Virus record (IMG/VR): IMGVR_UViG_3300021254_000021
Coordinates: 64,001-128,000 of that record
DNA from: a virus
Lineage: Duplodnaviria > Caudoviricetes
Strand: one strand, 5' to 3'
DNA length: 64,000 nucleotides
Shown here: positions 1 to 11,000 of the stretch, in pieces
Numbering within the stretch: position 1 is the stretch's first letter
How the letters are laid out: every line of letters begins with the position of its first letter
Notes under the pieces: model-generated
The model's database searches: none
What the model saw: the letters and a program-made list of their open reading frames with translations, nothing else
Told to the model about the DNA's origin: nothing
Position numbers and translations under genes: made by a program

Positions 1-1
1 T

Positions 2-1273
2 TTAAGGTATAATGAAAAGGTTTCTTTTTATTGTAAGGATCATGGTGTCTATACACAGATAGTAGCAGATCATATAGAGTATAAGACAGGGGAAAAGAAA
101 CAGGGATGCCCAAAGTGCGGAATAATAAAAAGAAATTTAAATAAGAAAGAGAGAAATAAACAGAAAAGACCAAACTATCCAGACTGGTTTATTGAGGATA
201 TAGCTAGTGAGGAAGATAAAGATAGGGCGAGAAACAAAGAACTAACGTGGTCTGATAAGGTAAATTTTATTTGTCCTATACATGGTGTGTATAAACAAAG
301 AATAGATGCACACATGAACACTTCTACTTTAACACCAAAACAAGGTTGCCCTTCTTGTGGAATCCTTCTTTCTAAAAGTGAGATAGAAATATCTGATTTT
401 ATTAAATCACTAGGGGTAGAGATAGAAAAAAGAAATAGATCTTTGATTAAAGAGAAAGCGTCTACGCGATTTTTAGAATTGGATATTTTTATTCCTAATA
501 AAAATATAGCTATTGAGTATAATGGAAGTTACTGGCATGGAGAGTTGCATAAAAAAGATAAGAAAAGTAATTTGAATAAATTCTTACTCTGTGCAGAACA
601 AGGTATTCGCTTAATCTCTATTTATGATCGTGATTGGAAAGAAAACAAAGATAAGATTTCTAACTTTCTAAAAGATTTGTTAGTTCCTAAAATTAGAATT
701 TTCGGTAGATGTACAGAAGTTAGAACCCTTTCCTTACAAGAAGCAAAGAAGTTTTATGATGAAAATCATTTAAAAGGGAGTGGTAATCACAATAAAATTT
801 CTTATGGTCTGTTTTATAATGGTAGTTTGGTATCAGCAATGTCCTTTTCTAAACCGAACTTTGGGAATCAAAGAAAGGTAGAGTGGGATTTGACACGTTA
901 TTGTGTTAAGTTTGGTTATTCTGTTATAGGAGGTGCTGAAAAACTCTTTAAAACATTTATAAAAGAATTTAATCCTTCTAATGTAATAACTTATTCTGAC
1001 AATGATTACTTTACAGGAGAAGTCTATTCCAGACTAGGTTTTCTTTTGGATAAGATAACTAGTATTCCTTATTACTGGGCTAAGAGTGATCACATTTTTC
1101 TAAATAGAGAGGTGTGTCAGGTACATAAACTAAAAGAAAAGTATCCTGATATTTTCCAGAAATCTATAGATGAGAATGCATCTAACAAAGAGGATTATAT
1201 CATGCACACTTTAGGTTATTATAAAGTGTATCGTTGTGGTAATAAAAGGTGGATTTGGAAATCCACTATCTAA
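2..1273 (+). CDS. Hef-like homing endonuclease (zinc-ribbon repeats + PD-(D/E)xK/Vsr-like nuclease + C-terminal domain), 5'-truncated by the window
   Basis: Frame is open from nt 2 (LRYNEKVSFYCKDHG...GCPKC...YPDWFIEDI...CPIHG), so the 287 start is not real. Nuclease motif ELDIFIP..IAIEYNGSYWH. Paralog of 3100..4923. Confidence 0.75.
   Translation, partial: LRYNEKVSFYCKDHGVYTQIVADHIEYKTGEKKQGCPKCGIIKRNLNKKERNKQKRPNYPDWFIEDIASEEDKDRARNKELTWSDKVNFICPIHGVYKQRIDAHMNTSTLTPKQGCPSCGILLSKSEIEISDFIKSLGVEIEKRNRSLIKEKASTRFLELDIFIPNKNIAIEYNGSYWHGELHKKDKKSNLNKFLLCAEQGIRLISIYDRDWKENKDKISNFLKDLLVPKIRIFGRCTEVRTLSLQEAKKFYDENHLKGSGNHNKISYGLFYNGSLVSAMSFSKPNFGNQRKVEWDLTRYCVKFGYSVIGGAEKLFKTFIKEFNPSNVITYSDNDYFTGEVYSRLGFLLDKITSIPYYWAKSDHIFLNREVCQVHKLKEKYPDIFQKSIDENASNKEDYIMHTLGYYKVYRCGNKRWIWKSTI
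1267..1272 (+). promoter_or_regulatory. TATCTA candidate late promoter
   Basis: Same hexamer recurs in intergenic positions at 1767, 2498, 4933, 7995, 30074, 30483, 31435, 37319 and 58632. Confidence 0.5.
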
Positions 1274-1313
1274 CACATAGTGACTTTGTTCCTTAAAAAT
1301 AAAGGAGAGTATC

Positions 1314-1757
1314 ATGCGTAAATTAAAAAGAAATGAAACAAGAACAGTGACAGAGGGTATCTCCCCTTCTGCTATTGGTCGTAGTAAAGAGATCGTGGAT
1401 TGGGCTATTGACTACATTAAAGACACCCTTCCTGATTATGAGGGAGAAACTGTTTATGGTAGTGATTTAGGCGCTACCATTACAGAAGGCCCTAATGCAA
1501 ATGGGGTTTATGAAGAAGATGCTTGGGGTTTCATATCCAAGCATATCAATGATGCCCGTGATGAGTACGAGTATGAGAAGGATAACTTTGGTGAGGTTCT
1601 GCATAACCCGTTTGAAGACCCAGATGCTTTTGTTGTCTGTATGTTAATCAACACAGTGGAAGGTGTTTTGTCTCAAGTTCCATTGGTGGAGGAGAACTGG
1701 AATGACGAGTTCGAGCTGACTAAAGAGAATATAGATGCTATCTTAAAAGCTCTTTAA
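1314..1757 (+). CDS. Acidic hypothetical protein, possible head-internal protein
   Basis: AAGGAG RBS; basic leader MRKLKRNET followed by an acidic body. Confidence 0.6.
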   Translation: MRKLKRNETRTVTEGISPSAIGRSKEIVDWAIDYIKDTLPDYEGETVYGSDLGATITEGPNANGVYEEDAWGFISKHINDARDEYEYEKDNFGEVLHNPFEDPDAFVVCMLINTVEGVLSQVPLVEENWNDEFELTKENIDAILKAL

Positions 1758-1785
1758 TTACAACTATATCTATCTTAGTAAAGAG

Positions 1786-1815
1786 AAAGCCCAACTTAAA
1801 TAGTTGGGCTTTTTT
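1786..1815 (+). terminator. Intrinsic terminator
   Basis: AAAGCCCAACT-taaat-AGTTGGGCTTT followed by a T run. Confidence 0.75.
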
Positions 1816-1831
1816 ATATAGGAGAAATACT

Positions 1832-2488
1832 ATGGTTAAGTTAAAGAGAGTCTGTGAGAGATATGATCATATCCGTTCTTTAGAGAACCTATTAAAGTTT
1901 TACTCTAGGAATCCAGATAATTGGGATAAAGAGTGGTCTGTCAACCCTTATTATCTTGTAGATTTAAAGAATTATGGTGCAGGTCATTGTGTTTGTGGAC
2001 ATCCTATTCGTTACCAATACCAATTTTTAAATACGGTAACAGGTAGAACATTCCCTGTTGGATCAGAATGTGTCCATCTTTTACATCTCGCCAAATTTGA
2101 CGAGACAGTGGATAAACTGGAAAAGATTGCTCAAATGGCTAATGCTGAAATAGACACTTCTTTAAAGGCTGAGGACTTTATTAAAGCGTATAAGAAAATA
2201 TACGATATGGCTGGTGTCTCTGCTTTAACAAGCTATGGACAGTATAAACCAGATCCCACAGATCTATTTATCTATCGTAACTCTATTGGTAAACGTAAAT
2301 ATAAAGAGTATGCAGAGAAGATGAAAGCGTTTATGATAGAGTTGCATGATGAAGCTAAGAAGTTTGTCAACAGTATGGAAAGAAAATCAAAACCTGTGAC
2401 ACCAGATCAGGTACAGCAGATTGTCGATGATAGCGCCGCAGAGATGTTACGTTTTGCACAGGCCAAACAAAATAAACTTCCATTCTAA
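1832..2488 (+). CDS. Hypothetical protein with zinc-binding motif
   Basis: CVCGHPI...VGSEC; AGGAG RBS. Confidence 0.7.
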   Translation: MVKLKRVCERYDHIRSLENLLKFYSRNPDNWDKEWSVNPYYLVDLKNYGAGHCVCGHPIRYQYQFLNTVTGRTFPVGSECVHLLHLAKFDETVDKLEKIAQMANAEIDTSLKAEDFIKAYKKIYDMAGVSALTSYGQYKPDPTDLFIYRNSIGKRKYKEYAEKMKAFMIELHDEAKKFVNSMERKSKPVTPDQVQQIVDDSAAEMLRFAQAKQNKLPF

Positions 2489-2538
2489 ATAAACCTCTAT
2501 CTATCTTCATATACCCCTTTTGTGTATGGAGATAGATT

Positions 2539-2964
2539 ATGTATAAAGACAAACCATTAATTCTAAACATCTTACTAGGTATATGGCAACTACCACAGAT
2601 ATTGGTTGGTCTTGTTATGTTAGCTATATTCCGTAACAAGACATCATACACAAATCCGCATAACCATATTACGGTATGGAATATTAACTGTCATCGTGCC
2701 TTTGGTACAGCCTGTTTCTCAACAGGCCCATTCATAATAACTTGTGATGATTATGTGGATGATGAAATACTTAGACATGAGACTGGTCACAGTCTTCAAA
2801 GCGTAATACTGGGACTATTCTATCACATTGTTGTTTCCATTCCGAGTGTTTGTTTATTTTGGTATAAGAGGAGAAAGAAAAAAGATCAGAAATGGTATTA
2901 TAGTCATTATCCAGAAAATTGGGCGAATAAAGCGGGTGGTGTAGAGACCTCTATGTACGAGTGA
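2539..2964 (+). CDS. Membrane-associated protein with HExxH motif (putative metallopeptidase-like)
   Basis: Hydrophobic N-terminus; RHETGHSLQS; downstream E in YPENWAN. Confidence 0.6.
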   Translation: MYKDKPLILNILLGIWQLPQILVGLVMLAIFRNKTSYTNPHNHITVWNINCHRAFGTACFSTGPFIITCDDYVDDEILRHETGHSLQSVILGLFYHIVVSIPSVCLFWYKRRKKKDQKWYYSHYPENWANKAGGVETSMYE

Positions 2965-3099
2965 TAATCTAAATACACAGGGTTAAGTCGGCCAACCGAA
3001 AAAAAGCAGTACATAAGGTTATTATAAACAGAGATTATTCCTTTTTATCGTATATAAGGGAAAGAGATTCCTCTCTTTCCCTTTTTCTTTTATCGTATT

Positions 3100-4923
3100 A
3101 TGGCTAAGAAAAAAAGAATATACCCACAATGGTTTATAGAAGAATTAGCAGACCCTACGGTTAAGCAACAGGCCGTAGATGGGTCACTCTCCACTGTATC
3201 TAAAGTAGAATTTAAATGTGCTTGTGGGAATACTTATATACAAAAAATAACAAACCATATTAACCTCTCTACTGGGGAGAGAAAGTTTGGACATTGTAAA
3301 GAGTGTACAAAGAGAATATCAGCTCAAAAATACAGAGACTCTTTAGGTACATCGAAACCTTATCCTAATTGGTTTATAGATGAGTTAGTTAGAGATGAGG
3401 ATAAGATTAAAGCTAGAGATGGAAAACTGAAGTCTGATGATAACGTCCCTTTTATTTGCCCTATATGTAAAGAGATATATAATCAAAGAGTGGCTAGTCA
3501 TATAACACTTTCTACAGGTATTAAAAAGAAGGGGTGTCCTAAGTGTGGTATAAGAAAACAGATAGAGTCCAGTAGAAAAACTAAAGAGATTATAAAGCCT
3601 TATCCACAATGGTTCATAGATGATCTTTACTCTAATGAGGATAAAGCATTAGCTACAACCACCAATTTTTATGGCAAAGAGGAAAAACAATTCTATTGTA
3701 AGAAACATGACTTGGTGTACATACAAAAAGTGAGGAGTCATATAGATTTAAAAACTCACTTACCAAAAGCGGGATGTCCACAGTGTAAAGTAGAGAAGTT
3801 TAGAAAATCTTTAAATACAGACACGCCTTTGCCTGATTGGTTCATAAAAGACTTAGTTAATAAAGAAGATAAGCAAAGAGCTAAAGAAGGTAAAATTAAG
3901 TCTAATGAGAAATTAGATTTCCAGTGTAAACAAAATCACATATATAAGCAGGAAGTACATGCTCATATAAATTTAGGTACACAAGAGCAACTATGTGGAT
4001 GTCCCGTTTGTGCTAAACAGAGGTCTAACACAGAGATTAGCATAGAGAACTTTATTAAAGAACTAGGATTTAATACCGAACATAAGCGGTTTAATTCATC
4101 TATATTACCCATCTTTGAGTTAGACATATTTATTCCAGATAAGTACATAGGCATAGAGTACAATGGATCTTTCTGGCATAAAACACTTCCACAGGATTTT
4201 TGTTTTAAGCCTAGGCTGTATCATAACCAGAAATACTATGCTTGTAAGGAATTAGGAATACAACTAATCTCTATATTCGATGTCGATTGGGAATATAGAA
4301 AGGATAAAATCAAGCAGTATCTTAAAGACCTCTTAACACCATCCTCTAATAGAATTTATGCAAGGAAATGTGAAGTAAAACAGATAAGTAAAGAGGAAGC
4401 TAATGATATGTATGAAGAGGATCACTTGTTAGGTAAAACTTCTGTACAGTCTGTCTCTTATGGTTTATTTTTTAACAATGATTTACTTTCTTGCATGAGC
4501 TTTCAAAAAGGAAGGTATAAAGAGGGTAAAGAATCCGTTTGGTGTCTCACTCGTTTTGTTACTAAGTCTTGTTACTCTATTGTAGGTGGGGCTTCTAAAC
4601 TTTTAACAGAGTTTGAAAAGGAATTTAAACCATCTATTTTAATCTCTTATTCTGATAATGATTATTTCACTGGTAGAGTATATTCTAAGTTAGGTTTTGA
4701 TTGTTTTGGTGATACAGGATCTCCACGCTACTACTGGTATTTAAATGGATCAGAGCTTAAAAGAGAGCAATGTCAGTTAAAATTCCTTTCTAAACAATAT
4801 CCAGAACTGTATCAAGAGTCTTTAAATAGGACTGGAAATAAAGAGGATTATATTATGCTTAGTCTTGGTGCTAATAAGGTGTATAGGTCTGGACATACCA
4901 AATGGATAAAAAGATATAGCTAA
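3100..4923 (+). CDS. Hef-like homing endonuclease with four ~75-aa zinc-ribbon repeats
   Basis: Four repeats (Y/L)PxWFI...C..Y.Q...HI...CxxC, then ELDIFIP..IGIEYNGSFWH and YSDNDYFTG.VY..LGF. Confidence 0.75.
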   Translation: MAKKKRIYPQWFIEELADPTVKQQAVDGSLSTVSKVEFKCACGNTYIQKITNHINLSTGERKFGHCKECTKRISAQKYRDSLGTSKPYPNWFIDELVRDEDKIKARDGKLKSDDNVPFICPICKEIYNQRVASHITLSTGIKKKGCPKCGIRKQIESSRKTKEIIKPYPQWFIDDLYSNEDKALATTTNFYGKEEKQFYCKKHDLVYIQKVRSHIDLKTHLPKAGCPQCKVEKFRKSLNTDTPLPDWFIKDLVNKEDKQRAKEGKIKSNEKLDFQCKQNHIYKQEVHAHINLGTQEQLCGCPVCAKQRSNTEISIENFIKELGFNTEHKRFNSSILPIFELDIFIPDKYIGIEYNGSFWHKTLPQDFCFKPRLYHNQKYYACKELGIQLISIFDVDWEYRKDKIKQYLKDLLTPSSNRIYARKCEVKQISKEEANDMYEEDHLLGKTSVQSVSYGLFFNNDLLSCMSFQKGRYKEGKESVWCLTRFVTKSCYSIVGGASKLLTEFEKEFKPSILISYSDNDYFTGRVYSKLGFDCFGDTGSPRYYWYLNGSELKREQCQLKFLSKQYPELYQESLNRTGNKEDYIMLSLGANKVYRSGHTKWIKRYS

Positions 4924-4989
4924 TAATCAGATTATCTATCTTAATTAGAGGATTTGGTTTCTCTTACCTTTAATTAAGGAGATAATATT

Positions 4990-5553
4990 ATGGCTTATGA
5001 TACATATTCAGGTGCATCACATTTTGCGAACGACTCCAATTATGAAGTCCAACGTGGTAATCATTACGAGATTGTTATAGACTTGGATGCCTTACAGCCT
5101 AAGTTTGATTCAACTTATGCAGAAGCTATTCGTCTTTGTTGTACTTCTGCTCCTGTTCCTGATATTTCTATTCAAGCACAGCCTTTACGTCATGGTAATG
5201 AAACAGTAAACGTTGCAGGTTCTCCTTCATGGGGAAACATGTCCATTAGTGTTTATGATGTTATTGGACGTGATATGGCTACTTTATTACAGGAATGGTT
5301 TTGGAGAGTCTTTAATCCTGCTACACATACAATGGGTTTAGTTACATCATATAAAACCTCTGCAACACTTTATCTGTATTCACCAGATGCTTCTACCTTT
5401 AGAAAATGGATTTGTTATGGTGTTTTCCCAACAAACATAAACTTTGGTAGTTATTCTGCTGACAGTCAGGGCGCTCCAGTTTCCATTACTATGAATCTTG
5501 CAGTGGATAGAACTGAACTAGTTTCCGCAGGTGGTACAGCTATTGGTTTTTAA
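4990..5553 (+). CDS. Tail tube protein (T4 gp19-like)
   Basis: 187 aa; RHGNETVNVAGSPSW...LQEW...YK...GVFPTNINFG pattern of gp19-type tubes; lies upstream of tape measure and baseplate genes. Confidence 0.8.
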   Translation: MAYDTYSGASHFANDSNYEVQRGNHYEIVIDLDALQPKFDSTYAEAIRLCCTSAPVPDISIQAQPLRHGNETVNVAGSPSWGNMSISVYDVIGRDMATLLQEWFWRVFNPATHTMGLVTSYKTSATLYLYSPDASTFRKWICYGVFPTNINFGSYSADSQGAPVSITMNLAVDRTELVSAGGTAIGF

Positions 5554-5578
5554 TAAAGGTTAAAGGGAGATATAAGTT

Positions 5579-7957
5579 ATGGTTAAATTAGTAAAACAAG
5601 AATCTTCCTTAGTTGAGGAAAAGTTTGAAGGTGGGCAGGGGCAGTTATGGAAGTCTGGTGCTAAAGGCACAGCTACCATGTTTGTTTCTTGGGTTAGCAA
5701 TGTGATTAAAGCTAACTCTAATAATGTTTCTGCTATAAAGACCCGTAGAGAGTATGTGACACAGGAAGATGGGTACGAGACTCTGAATATTTCCTATGGT
5801 CGTAAAGATACTTTACCATTAGACATTCGTGTCAGTGTTCCACAGACAGGGAAATCTTTAATTAATTTAAAGTATCGTAAAGAGCCTAAAGCCGCTATTT
5901 GGACAGAAAGGAATTTCTCTATTAAAAATCCGATGTCTCTCTCTGTTGATCCTACTACTAAGAAGCTGATTTCTGTTGTATTTACAGGCCCACAATTTTC
6001 CTTTGCAGGACAGGGTAGAAAACTAATAAATATCCCTGGGTATGAAGATGCTCTCTCTGAAATAGAGAGACCTATAATTGAAGCGGCTAAGATTTTAGAC
6101 AAGTTTGATTCAGAGATGTATAAATCCCGTAACTTAGTAGATTTTGATTCTACACCAGAGTTACAGGAATTAAAGGAGATGTATAGTGACTGGGAGATGG
6201 ATGTTGATGCTTCTAAGTTAGCTTCCAGTAATAAGGTTACATACATCTTTAATCATCCCACAGATCCAGACTACAATTTTACCGTTTATTTCCAAGATGA
6301 GGGTGGCTCTGAATATAAGATTTATGCCACTTATCGAAATCAGGAAATGAGCCTAGCTAAATTAGCCAAACTCCTTGAAAAGGAAAGAGAAAGATTAGCA
6401 GATCAGAAAGATAAATATTCTGATTATGCTAATGAATTTGAGTCTCGCAAGTTAGCAAAAGAGATGAAGGTATCAGGTGCTTCCTCTATTTCTATGTTGG
6501 ATGACCCTAAGAAACTGGATGCTTTTGTAAAGAAGATTGGGGATGCCTTAGAGGATTTCTCTTTAGCCAGATGGGCTAATATAGACATCACACAGAATGC
6601 AGACGGTTCTGAGGATTGGGATTTAATCCTCACTACACAGCATACTCTTAAATCAAACAGTCCTGCGGGAATTATCTCTTGGCGTATTGAGCCTAATTTA
6701 CCCTTACAGTTTTATCAGAAGGATAAAGACATTCATGGTGAACCCACCACGAAGGTAACATATAAGGGTAAAATAGCCGCCACAGATATGAAAACCAACT
6801 TTGGCTACACCCCTTCTATCAGGGATGTGGAGCTTAATTCCCCTGCATTCTTTAAAGAAATAACGAATGCGGCAGAAAAATTCTTGGAAGACTTTGGTGC
6901 TTATAATAGGCCGTTAGCTACTATATCAGACATAGACAATCAGATCATTGGTGGTAAAGACTGGATTGTTTCCTATGATAAGCCCGATTACAACTTAGCT
7001 AACTGGGCAGATCGTACTTTAGGCAAGATTGAGCCTGAATTAGAGAAGTTACAGGAAACTTATAATCTTTCTTTAGAGAAGAAGGTGGAGGAGATCGAGA
7101 CAGATGATTATGTCGATTTCCTAGCACAGTATGGTGTAGTTGGTGATAATCCTCAAGCAGATGCCGCAAGGGATATGTCTGGTAAATTAGTCTTTACAGG
7201 TTCTTATGTGGACAAATCCTTTACAGACCATTTACTTGAATTACGTGTCAACTTTGATCGTGGTGACAAGTTTGTTGTTTGGATTCGTCCAGACCTTAAA
7301 GGAAGTGCTAATACCAAAGCAGAAGGTCAGTCTGATCTTTCCTTCTTAGAGAAATGGGCAAAGGATAATGTGGCTTTACGTACAGCACAGAAAACCTCTG
7401 ATAATTTCCGTCAGGCTATTTCACAAGAGTTAATTAACTTAGGTGCGATAGAGGGTCATGTTAAAGGTACATTTGACATTTCCACATCTAAGATTAAAGG
7501 CATTACCATTGATCTGAAAGTGACAAACAATCAGATATTGGTCAATGCTTATAGAGATGGAAAAATTGTCGATAAGATTACCATAGACATTGCTCCATTT
7601 GCAGAGAATCCTGTCAAGGTTGCTAAGAATATCCTTAATCTCTTATCCAAGCACATTAAGGAATCCTACCCGAGTATTGACAGACAGATGCCTAATTTAA
7701 ATCGTTATTGGGATGCCCTGTTTGATAAACTAAAGGTAGAGAGTGGTATTCAAAAGCAGTCTAATCTTAACACCCATTATCTTCAAGTTGGATCAAAGAG
7801 ATGTAAGGTTGAGTTTGGACCTTTAGGACAAGTTAAATTAACTACGCTCTTAGGTAAGGAAGTGGTTGAGGAGCAGTTCAACGCAGATCCCCGCTACTTC
7901 ATTGAAGATAAAGAGAAGATGCAGAATCTTTTAAATGAGTATCGAGCCAGATTTTAG
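5579..7957 (+). CDS. Large hypothetical (probable virion) protein
   Basis: 792-aa ORF with RBS between tail tube and tape measure. Confidence 0.6.
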   Translation: MVKLVKQESSLVEEKFEGGQGQLWKSGAKGTATMFVSWVSNVIKANSNNVSAIKTRREYVTQEDGYETLNISYGRKDTLPLDIRVSVPQTGKSLINLKYRKEPKAAIWTERNFSIKNPMSLSVDPTTKKLISVVFTGPQFSFAGQGRKLINIPGYEDALSEIERPIIEAAKILDKFDSEMYKSRNLVDFDSTPELQELKEMYSDWEMDVDASKLASSNKVTYIFNHPTDPDYNFTVYFQDEGGSEYKIYATYRNQEMSLAKLAKLLEKERERLADQKDKYSDYANEFESRKLAKEMKVSGASSISMLDDPKKLDAFVKKIGDALEDFSLARWANIDITQNADGSEDWDLILTTQHTLKSNSPAGIISWRIEPNLPLQFYQKDKDIHGEPTTKVTYKGKIAATDMKTNFGYTPSIRDVELNSPAFFKEITNAAEKFLEDFGAYNRPLATISDIDNQIIGGKDWIVSYDKPDYNLANWADRTLGKIEPELEKLQETYNLSLEKKVEEIETDDYVDFLAQYGVVGDNPQADAARDMSGKLVFTGSYVDKSFTDHLLELRVNFDRGDKFVVWIRPDLKGSANTKAEGQSDLSFLEKWAKDNVALRTAQKTSDNFRQAISQELINLGAIEGHVKGTFDISTSKIKGITIDLKVTNNQILVNAYRDGKIVDKITIDIAPFAENPVKVAKNILNLLSKHIKESYPSIDRQMPNLNRYWDALFDKLKVESGIQKQSNLNTHYLQVGSKRCKVEFGPLGQVKLTTLLGKEVVEEQFNADPRYFIEDKEKMQNLLNEYRARF

Positions 7958-7981
7958 TCTGATTCTCTGAAACCAAATCCG

Positions 7982-8020
7982 AACCCCTAAGATGTATCTA
8001 ATATCTTAGGGGTTTTCTTT
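7982..8020 (+). terminator. Intrinsic terminator with TATCTA in its loop
   Basis: AACCCCTAAGAT-gtatctaat-ATCTTAGGGGTT-ttctttt. Confidence 0.7.
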
Positions 8021-8041
8021 TATATGCAAAGAGGTTGAGTA

Positions 8042-11000
8042 ATGGCTAATCCAGAAGAATCAAATACTCCTGTTCCTGTAATAGTAACTAATATAGTTGA
8101 TCCGAAACAGAGTTTAGAAAAGATACGCAAAGAGTCAGAGAATACCTATAAGCTCTTAAATGGGAAAGACTATAAAGATGTTATTAAGAGTCTCAGTAAG
8201 AAGCAGGACACTATAGCTATAAAGACTCAGAGTATTGAAAAGCTACTAGGGGATATTAAAACTTCTTTAACTACAATTAAATCAACCTCTACAACACAAG
8301 CCTCCACTCAAACTCAAAGCCAAGCAAGTAATCAGGATAACTCTAATAAATCATCCTCAAGTCAAGATGATAAAGTTTGGCGTGATAATGTTTACAGCTC
8401 TTTAGTATCCATTGAGAATGAAGTAGTAGGAACAAAGAAGCAGGAAAAGAATGTAGAGTTTTTAATAGAGGGGATAAATAAACTCGTAGAGGAAGGTAAA
8501 TTAAATGAGGAAGTTTCTAAGTCTATTAAAGAACTATCACACAATTATAAAGAGCAATCCGAGAAACAAAAGAGAAACTTAGAAAGGGCACAAGAAGAAA
8601 CAGCGGCAGAGAGAGAAAGTTCTGAAAGAGCTTTAGATGCAATTAAAGATGCCATAGAAGAAGGGAATGATTTAACTGAGTCTGAAGAAGAATCTATAAA
8701 AAGGGCTCAGGGGGCTATTGATGAGATTAAAGATCATACCTCTAACTTTAGCGATTCCCTTAAAAGAGTTACGGATGATTTAAAGAATTTACTTAGCAGT
8801 AACTTTAGAAAAGTTTTTGATCAGTGGGACAGACAGATAGCCACCTTAAAAGAGCAAGGTATGGGTGGTCCTAATGCGGCGATGTTAAATAAAATGACAC
8901 GTCGTACAATGGATGCTACCGAGGAAACATTAGGGTGGAACGTTTCCATTGATAAAGCAATCAAAGCTACCAATGCTATGATTGCCGCAGGACAATCTCC
9001 ACGCTACCTTAGAGAAAATAATAAACAGCTCATTACTGGTTTAGAGGGAGTTGGTTTTAACTTACAGCCCTTTACCATTAGAGCTATAGGTCAATCTGTA
9101 TTTGATTCCTCTCAAGTAAAAGATTTAGCACAGGGTTGGGCAGAACTTTCATCTCCCGATACAGAGGGTGCTATTAGTAAAGAGCAAATATCTTCCTTCT
9201 TAGATTCAGATGATTTTAAGAAAGCGACAGCCGCCATGATGATGGACGGTACAACCACTTATGCTGAAATCCAGAAGGAGATGATTGCTCAATTAAAAGA
9301 AGCAGTCAAAGCAGGTGTTACTGGTCAAGATGCTTTAGCAATGGCTTTAACCTCTACACAGAATAATCTTGGTAGAGGTGCAGTCGTTGTTGTGCCCGAC
9401 AGATTAAGTTCTTATATTGGTGCGGCACAAATAGCGGGAACTTATTCTGGGAATGTAGGTAATTTAACTGCGGACTTTGCGGCGGCGACAAGAAAATATC
9501 ATTCCGATGCTAATGTTAGACAGAGAATAGATGAAGCGTCAGCCTCTTTAGCTCAATCAGGTGATTATTCCTTATTAGAGAATATTCAATTTAATGATGG
9601 CCATACACGTAGAATAGCTACCACGCAGGATATAAAGGAGGGGCAGTATGAAGGTCTCGTACCTCGTATCACTAAGGCGGTAGCAGGTCTTTTACCCGCT
9701 GAAAGTTTAGGTTCTGTATCACAGCAACTAACAGGTGATTCTGGATTCTTAACCAAACAGGCTTTTGAATTAGGTGGTGGTTTACTTAAAGACAGCCCAC
9801 AAATCTTTTATTTAAGAAAGATTGCTAATAATACCGAGAAAGAAGCTAATGGTACGGGTGAAAAGGGTAAGAGTATGTCCAAATTCTTTAAAGGCGCTCT
9901 ACCCTTAATGGCAGGATTAGCTGTAACAGCAGGATTGATGTATACCGCTTATTCTGATAGTCAGGCAGAGGAAAAAGCGGCAGAGGAAGCAAGACAGAGA
10001 GCTTTGGAATCCTTTGCTAAAGAAATGGAGTTAGAGAAACAACAGAGGGATGCTTTACTTAATGGTAATAAGAAGTTAGCGAATGATATAGACAAGCAGT
10101 TAAAAGAGGCTAGAGAGAGAACAAACCAAGAATTAAGTTCTGAAATTACCCTTAAAGAGGGGTCATCTGATGATCTCTGGAAGATGGGTGGTGCAGGAAT
10201 TGGTGCAACTATAGCGGGTATTATAGCAGGTATAGCTCTTATTGGTTCAGGTGTTGGTGCAGGTGCAGGTGCGGCTATTATTGGAGCTAGTATAGCAGGT
10301 GGGGCAGGGCTAGGTTATGGTGGTACGGCGTTAGCCACAGGTGCTAGTGGCCCAAATATGTCCAGTGAGGTTTCTTCTGCAAGGTCGGAGTTAGCACAAT
10401 CTTATGCGGCGGAACAAGCTAAAAAGAATAAGTATGCAGAAGGTGGAATCATTACCAAAGAGCAAGTTGCAACAGTTGGTGAGGATGATAAACCAGAGGC
10501 TATTATTCCTTTAACTAATCCAGAAAAAGCCAAAGAGGTGATGGATCAAGCCGCAAATATGTCCTCTACCAATCCAGAAGTAGCATCTATGATGTCTCAA
10601 GAACCGAATCAGTCTCAAGAACCGAATCAGTCTCAGGGTTCTTTAGCAGATTTAATTGTAAAGGCGGCGGAGTCTGTTATAGGTGTTCCTTATGTAGCGG
10701 GTAATTTAAAACATCCAGAAAAAGGGTTGGTGTGTAATCAGGTAGTGGAATACGCTTATGCTAAAGCAGGTGTACCTCTTAAATCAGGCGGTGTTTCAAG
10801 ACAGTATGCAGGAGAGAATCCGTGGATCTTTACTGAGACACCACAGCCCGGCTTTGCCATCTTTAATAACTGGGGCTTAAATAAATATGGTAAAGTTGTT
10901 TATCAACACATGGGTATTGTTGGTCATAATAACTCACGTATCCATGCCTCTCAGAAATGGGGACGAGTTGTAAAGAATCCTGATCTTTATGGCAAAACGA

